Origin: Candidatus Electronema aureum
GTDB lineage: Bacteria; Desulfobacterota; Desulfobulbia; Desulfobulbales; Desulfobulbaceae
Reading direction: 5' to 3'
Assembly: GCA_004284765.1 (NCBI GenBank)
Contig: NQJD01000001.1
Coordinates: forward strand, 150,001-182,000
DNA: 32,000 bases
Numbering within the stretch: the stretch's first letter is position 1; the number at the start of each line of letters is the position of its first letter. The notes under the pieces were generated by a model. It worked only from the letters and a program-made list of their open reading frames with translations, was not told the DNA's origin and did not search any database. The translations under genes and the position numbers were made by a program. Positions 1 to 7,875 of the stretch are shown here, piece after piece.

Positions 1-174
1 CAAGCCATCCAAGTCAAGTGGAGGGCGAAATTAAGGAAGACGCAAACAGTATGCGCCAAAATTTTACGAATCAGACGGTGTTGAAAATGCCAACGATCGT
101 GTACACTAATCTGGTCTGTTTTGAAAAGTCTTGTCAAATGGGAGCCTGCTGGTGTAGTGCAGGTCAATCCCAAC

Positions 175-2217
175 CTATTTGTCCGGCGGCAGGACTTCTG
201 GTAGCGTAATCACCACCCAAGCCCCTTCGCTTTCTTTTCCGTCCATCGTCACGGTGCAGTTCATCTCGGTAAGCATCTTTTTGACGATGGTCAGACCCAG
301 CCCGGTGCCGTTGATTCGGGTGGTGAAAAAGGGCGTGAAGAGCTGTTTGCGTACCTGCGGGGAGATGCCGCAACCGTTGTCCTGAAAACGAAGTTGAATG
401 CAATGCGGCTTACTGCGGGCTAACGAAATAATAATAACCGGGCTGATCTGTTTTTTCAGCGCATTGACCGAGTTCGTCAGCAGATTAAGCAGCACCTGAT
501 GCAGGGCGCGCTCATCAGCCAAACAATGCAGCGCACCTTCAGTCACTAACTCCAGTCGAATGCCTTTGTGCCGCAGGTCTTGCTCGTGCAGCCGTTTGAA
601 TTTTTGGACAAAGGCGGTCAGATCAAGCGGCGCGGCCTGCTGGTTTTCCATCAGATTAAAATTTTTCAAAGCAGAAAGCAGATACTCCATCCGGTTGATC
701 TCGCCCATTGAACGGTCAAGAAATTCGCGAATTTTCTCCCGACTCAGGGTGTCCATCTGCCGTCGCAGCACACTGAGAGCCATTTTCAGCGAATTGAGCG
801 GATTGGCTAACTCGTGCCGAACTCCCGAAAAAACAAAGCCAACATTTTCCATCAAATTAGCCGCAGCCGCGATGCACTCTAACCGTTTTTTCTCGGTTTG
901 ATCGCGACGAATGACACAAAAGCTGTTCACTTGGCCGTGATCGTCCTTTGTCGGCACTGTTACCACCGATTCATCGTACAGCGAGCCGTCCTTGTGGCGA
1001 CTGCGTAGCTCGCCGTGCCACTGGCCTTTTTGGGCCGCGCTGTCGAGAATCTGCGGCCAGTCTGGTTGCTCTTCGCTGCCGATGATCAGTTCGCTCAGGC
1101 TGTGTCCGGCTAACTCATCAGGCCGCCAGCCCGTGACTGACTGACTGGCAGGGTTGGCATACTGGATCAGACCAGTGCGGTCGGTGATCAGCACACAGTC
1201 GGCAAATTCCCGAATCGCTGCGGCTAACCGTTGCCGTTCCTCCGATTCTTGGCCGCGCTGGAGAGCCGTGCCAATAACATCAGCGGAAATCATCATCGCC
1301 CGTACTAACGAGGCCTCCCAAGAGCGTTTAGCCAAACTACAATCAAAGCCAAGACAACCGCGCACAGTTTTTGCCACATAAACTGGTAGAATCAGACAAG
1401 TACGAATGTGGTGCTTCTCCATTTCTTCCAGCACCGAGGCTGGCAAACCACTGTCCACGCCAATCAACGGCTTGCCAGTTTTCAGCGCGACAGCTGGCTG
1501 TCGCCAAGCGGACAGCAAATCAACACTGGAGCAATCGGGTGGACAGTCCGGTCTTGACCACGAGTAATCCTGCTGTGCCTCCACGCCCTCGGCAAAAATG
1601 CGGAGATAGACATGCTCACAATTGACCGTGCCGCCGAGATAGCTGAGGACTTCGTTGATCACATCTTGCCAGCGTGGTGCTTGAAGAAAGGTTTTGGCTA
1701 CATAATTGACCGCACAGAGGATTTGATCGCGTTGCAGCAAATTGCGCCGCACCTGCTCTTGCATGATCAGCGATTCCTTCAGTCGCTCGTTCGTCAGAGC
1801 TAAATCGCGGGCTTGCTGCGCTAATTTCTCATTGGCTGATTTGCGCTCTAAGACATTCCGCACCCGGACACAAAGTCGCTCCCGGCTGATCGGCTTGCGG
1901 AGAAAATCTGCGGCACCTGCGCCGAAGCTGCGGAATTCGCTCTCGTCCTGTTCTGCTCCGGTGAGAAAAATCACCGGAATTCCCAAGGTGTCGGCATCGG
2001 CTTTGAGCTTTTTGCACACATCAAAACCGGAGATGTCGGGCAGATTGATGTCTAAAAGGATTAAGTCAGGATGCGCTGTTCTCGCCAAACTGAGGCCAGC
2101 TCTGCCGTCTGCGGCCTTGAGTACCTGATATTTTTCCTGTTCGAGGACATAATGCAGCAGGCCCAGCACAGCAGGCTCGTCGTCAACCGCAAGGATGCGG
2201 GCAGCTTGGTTGTTCAT
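175..2217 (-). CDS. Hybrid sensor histidine kinase (REC - coiled coil - GAF-like - PAS - HisKA - HATPase_c)
   Basis: 680-aa ORF with ATG at 2217. N-terminal receiver motifs ILAVDDE, LILLDINLPDISG, FLRKP. H-box SGVRHELANPLNSL. ATPase N/G boxes LLNLLTNSVNA, DNGCGI, GTGLGLTIVK. Confidence 0.9.
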   Translation of the reverse strand: MNNQAARILAVDDEPAVLGLLHYVLEQEKYQVLKAADGRAGLSLARTAHPDLILLDINLPDISGFDVCKKLKADADTLGIPVIFLTGAEQDESEFRSFGAGAADFLRKPISRERLCVRVRNVLERKSANEKLAQQARDLALTNERLKESLIMQEQVRRNLLQRDQILCAVNYVAKTFLQAPRWQDVINEVLSYLGGTVNCEHVYLRIFAEGVEAQQDYSWSRPDCPPDCSSVDLLSAWRQPAVALKTGKPLIGVDSGLPASVLEEMEKHHIRTCLILPVYVAKTVRGCLGFDCSLAKRSWEASLVRAMMISADVIGTALQRGQESEERQRLAAAIREFADCVLITDRTGLIQYANPASQSVTGWRPDELAGHSLSELIIGSEEQPDWPQILDSAAQKGQWHGELRSRHKDGSLYDESVVTVPTKDDHGQVNSFCVIRRDQTEKKRLECIAAAANLMENVGFVFSGVRHELANPLNSLKMALSVLRRQMDTLSREKIREFLDRSMGEINRMEYLLSALKNFNLMENQQAAPLDLTAFVQKFKRLHEQDLRHKGIRLELVTEGALHCLADERALHQVLLNLLTNSVNALKKQISPVIIISLARSKPHCIQLRFQDNGCGISPQVRKQLFTPFFTTRINGTGLGLTIVKKMLTEMNCTVTMDGKESEGAWVVITLPEVLPPDK

Positions 2218-2407
2218 CGCGTTTTTCCGAAAAGGGCGGAGCAGTTTTCCCGCATCATTAGAGTCGGGAGGGACAGCTGGAATTTGTTGCCGCCGCTGTC
2301 AGATTTCTGTTTATTTCAGACAGAGTTGCTGCTACATTGAACCGCAAGGCCGCTTTCCGTGCGCCGCGCGACGGCGACTTTTTCCCGCAGCAAAGGAGAT
2401 AGCGCAC

Positions 2408-3232
2408 ATGCAGACCGCAGACCAAACAGAAACCAGTATAACCGCCTTGACAGGCAAAGACAATCTTCCGCCCCGGCCTGCTCGTAAACAGGTGCTGATT
2501 GTTGATGACGATCAGTCCTTGCTGGCCAGCATTCGCGCTGGGTTAGAGCAGCATCCCGGCTTCCGAGTGCTGACTGCGGCGAGTGGCAGCGAAGCCTTGG
2601 GCATCATCGACAGCAACAGTCTTGATCTGGCCGTGCTTGACCTCAGTATGCCGGACATGGACGGGCTTCAGTTGCTTGCCGCCCTGAGTGAATCTTTTCC
2701 CGAAATTCCCAGCATTGTTATGACCGGTTTCAGTTCACCGCTGATGAAGCAGCAGCTGAAACAGGCAGGCGCGCTCAAAGTGCTGGAAAAACCCCTCGAT
2801 ATTGAAACGTTAGAGCGGGAAATCAGCCGGGTAATCAAGGGCGACGACGGATGCTGCTGCCACTTACCGTTAGAAATCTTCCTCCAGTTAGCCGCGATGG
2901 AACATAAAACCATTCATCTCAAAGTCTTCCGTCCTGACGGATGCTGCGGCAGCTTCTTTTTCCGCGAAGGTCTGCTGATTGACGCAGAACAGGGTAACTT
3001 GTCCGGTGACAACGCGGTCTTGGCTATGCTTGAATGGCAGGACTTCACCTTAGGACTGAAAGAATACAGTCCGCCTTTTCCTGAACCCAGAGTCAACTCC
3101 GCTTTAGCTTATTTGCTGCTCAGAACCAGTTGCCGCTTGGATCAGTACAGCAACAGTGCCTGCTTAGACCAGGCGAAAGGGGAACTGCTCCGCCTCCAGC
3201 AGGAAAATAGCGTAGGCATTGATTGCCCATGA
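2408..3232 (+). CDS. Response regulator, REC + PATAN/DUF4388-type domain
   Basis: ATG at 2408 follows AAAGGAGA (2392-2399). REC motifs LIVDDD, VLDLSMPDMDG, MTGF, EKP. The C-terminal stretch LPLEIFLQLAAMEHKTIHLKVF..GSFFFREGLLIDAE..AVLAMLEW fits the DUF4388/PATAN pattern. The longer track ORF start (2195) overlaps the divergent kinase gene and is not believed. Confidence 0.8.
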   Translation: MQTADQTETSITALTGKDNLPPRPARKQVLIVDDDQSLLASIRAGLEQHPGFRVLTAASGSEALGIIDSNSLDLAVLDLSMPDMDGLQLLAALSESFPEIPSIVMTGFSSPLMKQQLKQAGALKVLEKPLDIETLEREISRVIKGDDGCCCHLPLEIFLQLAAMEHKTIHLKVFRPDGCCGSFFFREGLLIDAEQGNLSGDNAVLAMLEWQDFTLGLKEYSPPFPEPRVNSALAYLLLRTSCRLDQYSNSACLDQAKGELLRLQQENSVGIDCP

Positions 3233-4392
3233 AGGTGCTAATCGTTGATGACGAGCCGGAGCTGCTCTTGAGCATTAAATCCGGCTTTGAACACAACGAA
3301 CGGTTTCAAATAGTGACTGCGGAGAACGGTAGGGATGCCCTTGACCTCCTTGATCGGGGCAGGTTTGATCTGGTGGTGACAGACTTGCGGATGCCGATTA
3401 TGGACGGCATTGAGCTGCTCTCGGTGATGAGCGAATCCTTTCCTGAGGTGCCGCATATTGTCATGACCGCCTTCAGTACGCCACTGATAGACAAGCAGCT
3501 AAAAAAAGCTGGCACGCTTAATATTCTCGAAAAACCTTTTGACATCGAAGCATTAGAGCAGGCTATCAATAAAGCCTTAGATGTCCACGAGGAACAAAGC
3601 CGCAGTCTTTTTGGTCTTGCCCTCAGCAGCTTTCTCCAGATGGTGGCAATGGAGGAAAAAACTGTTCACATCAAGGTGTTTCATCCCTCTGGTAAAAACG
3701 GTAGCCTGTTTTTTCGGGAAGGCGAGTTGATCGACGCGGAGGTTGATCATCTGACCGGCGATGAGGCGGCTTTGGAAATGCTGGCGTGGGAGGACACGAG
3801 GGTGAGCATGAAGGAATTTCCTGCACCCTCACCCGGCACTCGGATGCAGTCTGAGCTACTGCCGCTGTTGTTCGCAGCAGCCAAGCGTGAAGACGAAGAC
3901 GGCGGCAATCACGAGGAGTTCGATAATCCTTTAGAGACGGCGAGACAAGAATTTACCCGGCTCAAGGAAGAACATGATCAACCAACGGCTCCACACAACA
4001 CTTTGACAGCAAAAGGAGAAACTATGGGTATCAAGGAATTGCTCAAAAAAATGGCAGATGAGATGGACGGTGTGTTGGCGATTCAGGTGACTGGCATGGA
4101 TGGTATCACCTTGGCTCTGCATAATCCCACTGGCGCAGATGTTGAGGCGTTTTCGGCCAAGTTTGCGATGGTGATGAAATTGGTGGAAAAATCAGTTGAT
4201 TCGCTCAAGGGCTTGGGTGAGCTGGAGGAAAATTTGGTTCAGACCAAGAACGCTTGGGTACTGACTCGCTTTATCACCCCGCAGCATTACATCGGCATTG
4301 CGGTCAGCCGTGAAGGTACGCTCGGCAACGTGCGCTTAGTCGGTCAACGTTACATTGAGCATCTGCGCAAACAGCTGGTCAAACCAGAGTAA
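3229..4392 (+). CDS. Response regulator, REC + PATAN/DUF4388 + C-terminal Roadblock/LC7 domain
   Basis: ATG at 3229 overlaps the upstream stop (ATGA, 3229-3232). It is a paralog of the upstream gene (VLIVDDEPELLLS, VVTDLRMPIMDG, MTAF, EKP; SSFLQMVAMEEKTVHIKVF..GSLFFREGELIDAE). The last ~120 aa (MDGVLAIQVTGMDGITLAL...NAWVLTRFI..HYIGIAVSREGTLGNVRL) fit the Roadblock/LC7 (MglB-like) pattern. Confidence 0.8.
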   Translation: MKVLIVDDEPELLLSIKSGFEHNERFQIVTAENGRDALDLLDRGRFDLVVTDLRMPIMDGIELLSVMSESFPEVPHIVMTAFSTPLIDKQLKKAGTLNILEKPFDIEALEQAINKALDVHEEQSRSLFGLALSSFLQMVAMEEKTVHIKVFHPSGKNGSLFFREGELIDAEVDHLTGDEAALEMLAWEDTRVSMKEFPAPSPGTRMQSELLPLLFAAAKREDEDGGNHEEFDNPLETARQEFTRLKEEHDQPTAPHNTLTAKGETMGIKELLKKMADEMDGVLAIQVTGMDGITLALHNPTGADVEAFSAKFAMVMKLVEKSVDSLKGLGELEENLVQTKNAWVLTRFITPQHYIGIAVSREGTLGNVRLVGQRYIEHLRKQLVKPE

Positions 4393-4426
4393 TTTCCATT
4401 CAATCCTTTTATTACAAGGAGAGCGC

Positions 4427-4900
4427 ATGGCAGCTGAAGAAGAAAGTGATAAAAAACTCATGCGGCTGATGAGCCTGATGATTGCGGGCATGGCCAAAGG
4501 ACTGTATGAGATGTTCGGTGAAGCGGCTTTTGCAGTGATGAGCGAAACCGGTAAAAGCATTCTAGAAATCTTGGAAAAGGAGATGAACCTCAAGGTTGAC
4601 GGGGAAGAGCCGAGTGAGGTGCTGAATGCTATCGGCCGCATCTTTGCTGATGAAATGGGCTTTGTCGATTCCTTTGCGGTTATCCGAGAGGGAAACCGAT
4701 TGACCGTGACGGTACACGGCTGTCAGGGGTGGGACATGACTCAAGCCGTCCTCAAGACCGGCGTGGAAGTCCCCTTCACCTGCCCGATCATGAATGTTTG
4801 TCAGGCCGCCCTGATCCGCATGGGCAGTCCAGCCCGAAAAACCATTTCGCCGATCCCAGAAACCCACGGTTCGACTATTGTTTTCACGCTGATTGAATAA
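4427..4900 (+). CDS. Small soluble protein, V4R-like (putative small-molecule-binding) domain
   Basis: ATG at 4427 follows AAGGAGAG (4417-4424). The 157-aa product has a helical N-terminal half followed by LTVTVHGCQGW..VPFTCPIMNVCQAAL..GSTIVFTLIE. This resembles the Cys-containing beta-rich V4R / COG1719 'hydrocarbon-binding' pattern. The assignment rests on pattern only. Confidence 0.45.
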   Translation: MAAEEESDKKLMRLMSLMIAGMAKGLYEMFGEAAFAVMSETGKSILEILEKEMNLKVDGEEPSEVLNAIGRIFADEMGFVDSFAVIREGNRLTVTVHGCQGWDMTQAVLKTGVEVPFTCPIMNVCQAALIRMGSPARKTISPIPETHGSTIVFTLIE

Positions 4901-4906
4901 GGCGGT

Positions 4907-4946
4907 GCGGCGAAATTGCAACTGAATTTTTTGCGAATTTCGCCGC
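4907..4946 (+). promoter_or_regulatory. Strong intra-operon stem-loop (11-bp perfect stem) without a U-tract
   Basis: GCGGCGAAATT (4907-4917) pairs perfectly with AATTTCGCCGC (4936-4946). It sits 7 nt after the stop of the V4R-like gene, in the 152-nt gap before the next gene. No T-run follows it. Confidence 0.5.
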
Positions 4947-5052
4947 GCACTTTCTTCACATCCTGCTTTTCCCTGCCGTTTTTTTCTGCTACAGTACAAT
5001 ACAAGTTTGCGTATCGCAGGTGGCATCGTGTTTTTCACGCAAGGAATAACCT

Positions 5053-5649
5053 ATGGATGTGCAGAAAAAACTGTCCCGGCTGGCCGAGATTGACGGTTTT
5101 CTCGGCACGGCTCTCTTTTCTGCCGAGGGCCGTTTGCTGGCCAAATGCGAACCCTTTGATTTTGACCTCAAATTGGTCGCCTCTCTTGCCAACGGCGTGC
5201 TGGTCAATGCGCAAAAGGCCTCTCTTGACATGGGCTTTGGTCGCTGCCAGTTCACTTATGTTCATACGGAAAAAGCACTGATTTTGATACGCTGCCTCAA
5301 TGAAGGCAGAAATCCACTGCGCACTGAGCCGGGCAAGTGCCACATTCATTTAGTGCTGTTAGTTGACAACCCGGACAGCTTCGGCATTGCCAAGTTAGAA
5401 ATCAACAAAGTGATCGAGTCGTTGGCTGAGGATTTCCGAATGCCGGAAACAACCCTCCAATTGCCAAAGCGAAAACCGCTCCAGCCCGCACAAGCAGCTC
5501 GGCAGCAAGAACAACAGCGGCAGCCGCCTGCGGCAGTGCAGCGGCATCATCTGCGCGATGTAGCTGAGTCGTTGGATAATGAAAAAATTGACGCGATGTT
5601 TGATGGCCTGTTGATGCAGCCCGCGAGAATGGCAGAAGAGTACACATGA
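5053..5649 (+). CDS. Roadblock/LC7 domain protein with Q/P/A-rich C-terminal tail
   Basis: ATG at 5053 follows AAGGAA. LSRLAEIDGFLGTALFSAEGRLLA...KALILIRCL...HIHLVLLVDNPDSFGIAKLEINKVIESL fits the Roadblock/LC7 pattern. The tail PQAARQQEQQRQPPAAVQ is low complexity. Confidence 0.75.
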   Translation: MDVQKKLSRLAEIDGFLGTALFSAEGRLLAKCEPFDFDLKLVASLANGVLVNAQKASLDMGFGRCQFTYVHTEKALILIRCLNEGRNPLRTEPGKCHIHLVLLVDNPDSFGIAKLEINKVIESLAEDFRMPETTLQLPKRKPLQPAQAARQQEQQRQPPAAVQRHHLRDVAESLDNEKIDAMFDGLLMQPARMAEEYT

Positions 5650-6014
5650 CCAAACAGAACTGCTGGGAGGTGAAACAGTGCGGACGGCAGCCGGGCGGCA
5701 GCAATGTGAAGCGGGACGGTGTTTGTCCAGCCTCTACGCTCACCGCAGTCAATGGCACCAACGGTGGTCGCAACGGCGGGCGGGCTTGCTGGGCCTTGAC
5801 CGGTACGATGTCTGGTCCGGCGGAAAAAGTGCAGGGTATCTTTGCTCGTGACATCACCACGTGCCATTCTTGTCGCTTTTACGAGCAGGTGATGTGCGAG
5901 GAATTAGACAATTTTGAAGGCACGGTGCAAATCGTGCGCAAGCTGCGGGACCGCATTTCCCAAGCCGCGAGTTTTCCCTTCATCCAATCTGGAACAAACA
6001 ATGGAGCAAAGTAA
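5646..6014 (+). CDS. Small Cys/Trp-rich protein resembling the 'two-CW' domain family
   Basis: ATG at 5646 overlaps the upstream stop (ATGA). The 122-aa product has Cys at 6, 12, 27, 48, 73, 76 and 84. It carries two CW dipeptides (NCWEVKQCGRQPGG and GGRACWALTGT) and CHSCRFY. No TM segment or signal peptide is visible. Confidence 0.6.
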   Translation: MTKQNCWEVKQCGRQPGGSNVKRDGVCPASTLTAVNGTNGGRNGGRACWALTGTMSGPAEKVQGIFARDITTCHSCRFYEQVMCEELDNFEGTVQIVRKLRDRISQAASFPFIQSGTNNGAK

Positions 6015-6381
6015 GAAATGTGTGCTGGCTGTTGACGACACGCCCAGCTATCTCATGTTGCTGAACATGATTTTGCAGAAAAATTATGCAGTCAAGGCCG
6101 CGCCCAAAGGCGAGATTGCCCTGAAAATTGTGCGCCAAAATCCAGCGGCGGTAGATTTAATTCTTTTAGACATCATGATGGAAGGTATGGACGGTTTCGC
6201 GGTCTGCCAAGAGCTGAAGGCTGATCCGGCTACTGCTCGTATTCCAGTGATTTTCATCTCTGGCAAAGAAGATGAGGCCGATCGAGAGAAAGGGTTGGCC
6301 TTGGGCGCAGTGGATTTTATCGTCAAACCCTTTGCTGCCGACACTGTGCTAGCCACCGTGGCCCGGCATCTGCCGACCTGA
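6001..6381 (+). CDS. Single-domain CheY-like response regulator
   Basis: ATG at 6001 overlaps the upstream gene by 14 nt. Motifs VLAVDDTP, LILLDIMMEGMDG, IFISGK, FIVKPF. The track ORF start at 5914 lies inside the upstream gene. Confidence 0.85.
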   Translation: MEQSKKCVLAVDDTPSYLMLLNMILQKNYAVKAAPKGEIALKIVRQNPAAVDLILLDIMMEGMDGFAVCQELKADPATARIPVIFISGKEDEADREKGLALGAVDFIVKPFAADTVLATVARHLPT

Positions 6382-6387
6382 GGAGCT

Positions 6388-7875
6388 TCAGACCGCTGTT
6401 TCGCTTCCAAGACACACCGCAAAAGTCGTTCCTTCTCCTTCCTTACTTTGCACGGTGATGGTTCCGCCGTGCTTTTCAACGATATTTTTAGTGATCGACA
6501 GTCCCAAGCCGGTGCCACGATTTTTGTCCGTATAAAAGGGGATAAAAATTTGCGTCATCTTCTCTTCAGACATACCACATCCGGTGTCGGTGATTTCTAA
6601 CATCGCGCCGCCCTCAGGCAGCGGACGAGTACGAATGGTCAAGGTGCCGCCTTTCTCCGACATAGCATGAACAGCATTGAAGACAATGTTCAGTAAAACC
6701 TGATATATTTGCTCGCCGTCCATCAGAATTTCCGACAAAGCGGAATCCAGTTCCAGCATTGGTTTGATCTGTTTGGCCGTGAATTCCGCCTCCATAAACA
6801 CGGTCATTCGTTCAACCAAGCTGTTGAGCGAGCCTGAAGATAGGGTTAAATCCTTGGGTCGAGCAAAATCGAGGAATTCTCGGACAATACCGTCTAACCG
6901 GGTGGTTTCTTGAACGATGATCGCCGCTAAATGCTCATTACCTGGCGCAACTTTGCTGATTCGTTTGGCAATGATTTCGGCTGTTGAGCGAACGATACCG
7001 AGCGGATTTTTGATCTCGTGCGAAACTGAGGCAATCATCTTGCCAAGTGCTGCTAACCGTTTGGATTCATGCAGCTGCTTCTCTAATTCCCGCCGCTCCT
7101 GTGCCCTTGCCTCCATGATCCGATCAGCCCGAATAACGATGGCACTAAGGACGGCGAACAAAATGCTCATCACGACTAACGAGACAAGGATAATTTTGAA
7201 CTGGAGCGAGATGAGAGCCTCCATGTCTGCGGACAAATCCTGCGTCACTGCCACTACGCCCATGATTTCCCCCTGCCCGCTGCCTCTGTCTTGACGAAAG
7301 GGGACGTACGTTTGCAGCAGACAAGATACTGGTGGTCTGCCGGGCAAGAGTAGGTTGAGCATAGAGCCGCTGGACATCAGCACAGTTGAACTTTCACCCA
7401 GCAGAGCTTTCTGGTACTCGATACCGCCCGCATTTTTTTTTCCCACCAGTGCGTTTTCGGTCGCATAAGAGATAATATTCTCGCGAGAATCAAAAATAGT
7501 CACTGATTTGATGCTCATGCCCCGGGTGATGTCAGTGATAATCAGGTCTAACTGTTCGAATTGCACCGGGTCAGAGAGAGCAATACGTCCGTAGCGGACA
7601 AAGGTAGGCAGAACAAAGAGATAGAAAACTTGTCGATTGAGGCTTTCAGCAAACATGCGGGAATAAATTTCGCTTCGCTCCAAGATAGTTTTGCGGGTGT
7701 TGCGGGAAAAACTCCACGTCAAAATCAGCGAGGCGAGCAAAATCACTGTCAGCGAGGTAAAGGAAAAATATTTAACTAAGGCAAAGGGCTGTTGCCCACC
7801 GATGTCTTCCTGCTCTGCGGAGCTGCTATCTTGCGAGGATTTTTTGGTGAAATAATCAGATATATGAAATTTCAT
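6388..7875 (-). CDS. Membrane sensor histidine kinase (two TM segments flanking an extracytoplasmic sensor domain, HisKA, HATPase_c)
   Basis: H-box SVSHEIKNPLGIV. N/G boxes LLNIVFNAVHA, DTGCGM, GTGLGLSITK. Hydrophobic segments FSFTSLTVILLASLILTW and IILVSLVVMSILFAVLSAIVI. The start could be ATG 7875 or TTG 7884. It converges on the CheY gene with a 6-nt gap. Confidence 0.88.
   Translation of the reverse strand: MKFHISDYFTKKSSQDSSSAEQEDIGGQQPFALVKYFSFTSLTVILLASLILTWSFSRNTRKTILERSEIYSRMFAESLNRQVFYLFVLPTFVRYGRIALSDPVQFEQLDLIITDITRGMSIKSVTIFDSRENIISYATENALVGKKNAGGIEYQKALLGESSTVLMSSGSMLNLLLPGRPPVSCLLQTYVPFRQDRGSGQGEIMGVVAVTQDLSADMEALISLQFKIILVSLVVMSILFAVLSAIVIRADRIMEARAQERRELEKQLHESKRLAALGKMIASVSHEIKNPLGIVRSTAEIIAKRISKVAPGNEHLAAIIVQETTRLDGIVREFLDFARPKDLTLSSGSLNSLVERMTVFMEAEFTAKQIKPMLELDSALSEILMDGEQIYQVLLNIVFNAVHAMSEKGGTLTIRTRPLPEGGAMLEITDTGCGMSEEKMTQIFIPFYTDKNRGTGLGLSITKNIVEKHGGTITVQSKEGEGTTFAVCLGSETAV

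Noticed and set aside
18-209. 63-aa plus-strand ORF at the window edge
   Set aside because: It has a GTG start without an SD, overlaps the kinase 3' end, and has no recognisable motifs. The first 174 nt are left unannotated.
2278-2290. Sigma54-like TGGAAT-TTGT-TGC in the divergent promoter region
   Set aside because: The GG-to-GC spacing is 8 nt instead of the required 10, so it does not fit the -24/-12 geometry.
2195-2407. N-terminal extension of the first REC-PATAN ORF (track start 2195)
   Set aside because: The extension overlaps the divergent kinase start and is Cys/Arg-rich nonsense. The ATG at 2408 has a strong SD, and the REC domain begins shortly after it.
5402-5867. 152-aa and 106-aa minus-strand ORFs
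   Set aside because: They are antisense to the Roadblock and two-CW genes. They are Ala/Pro/Arg-rich, as is typical of GC-rich antisense frames, and lack an RBS.
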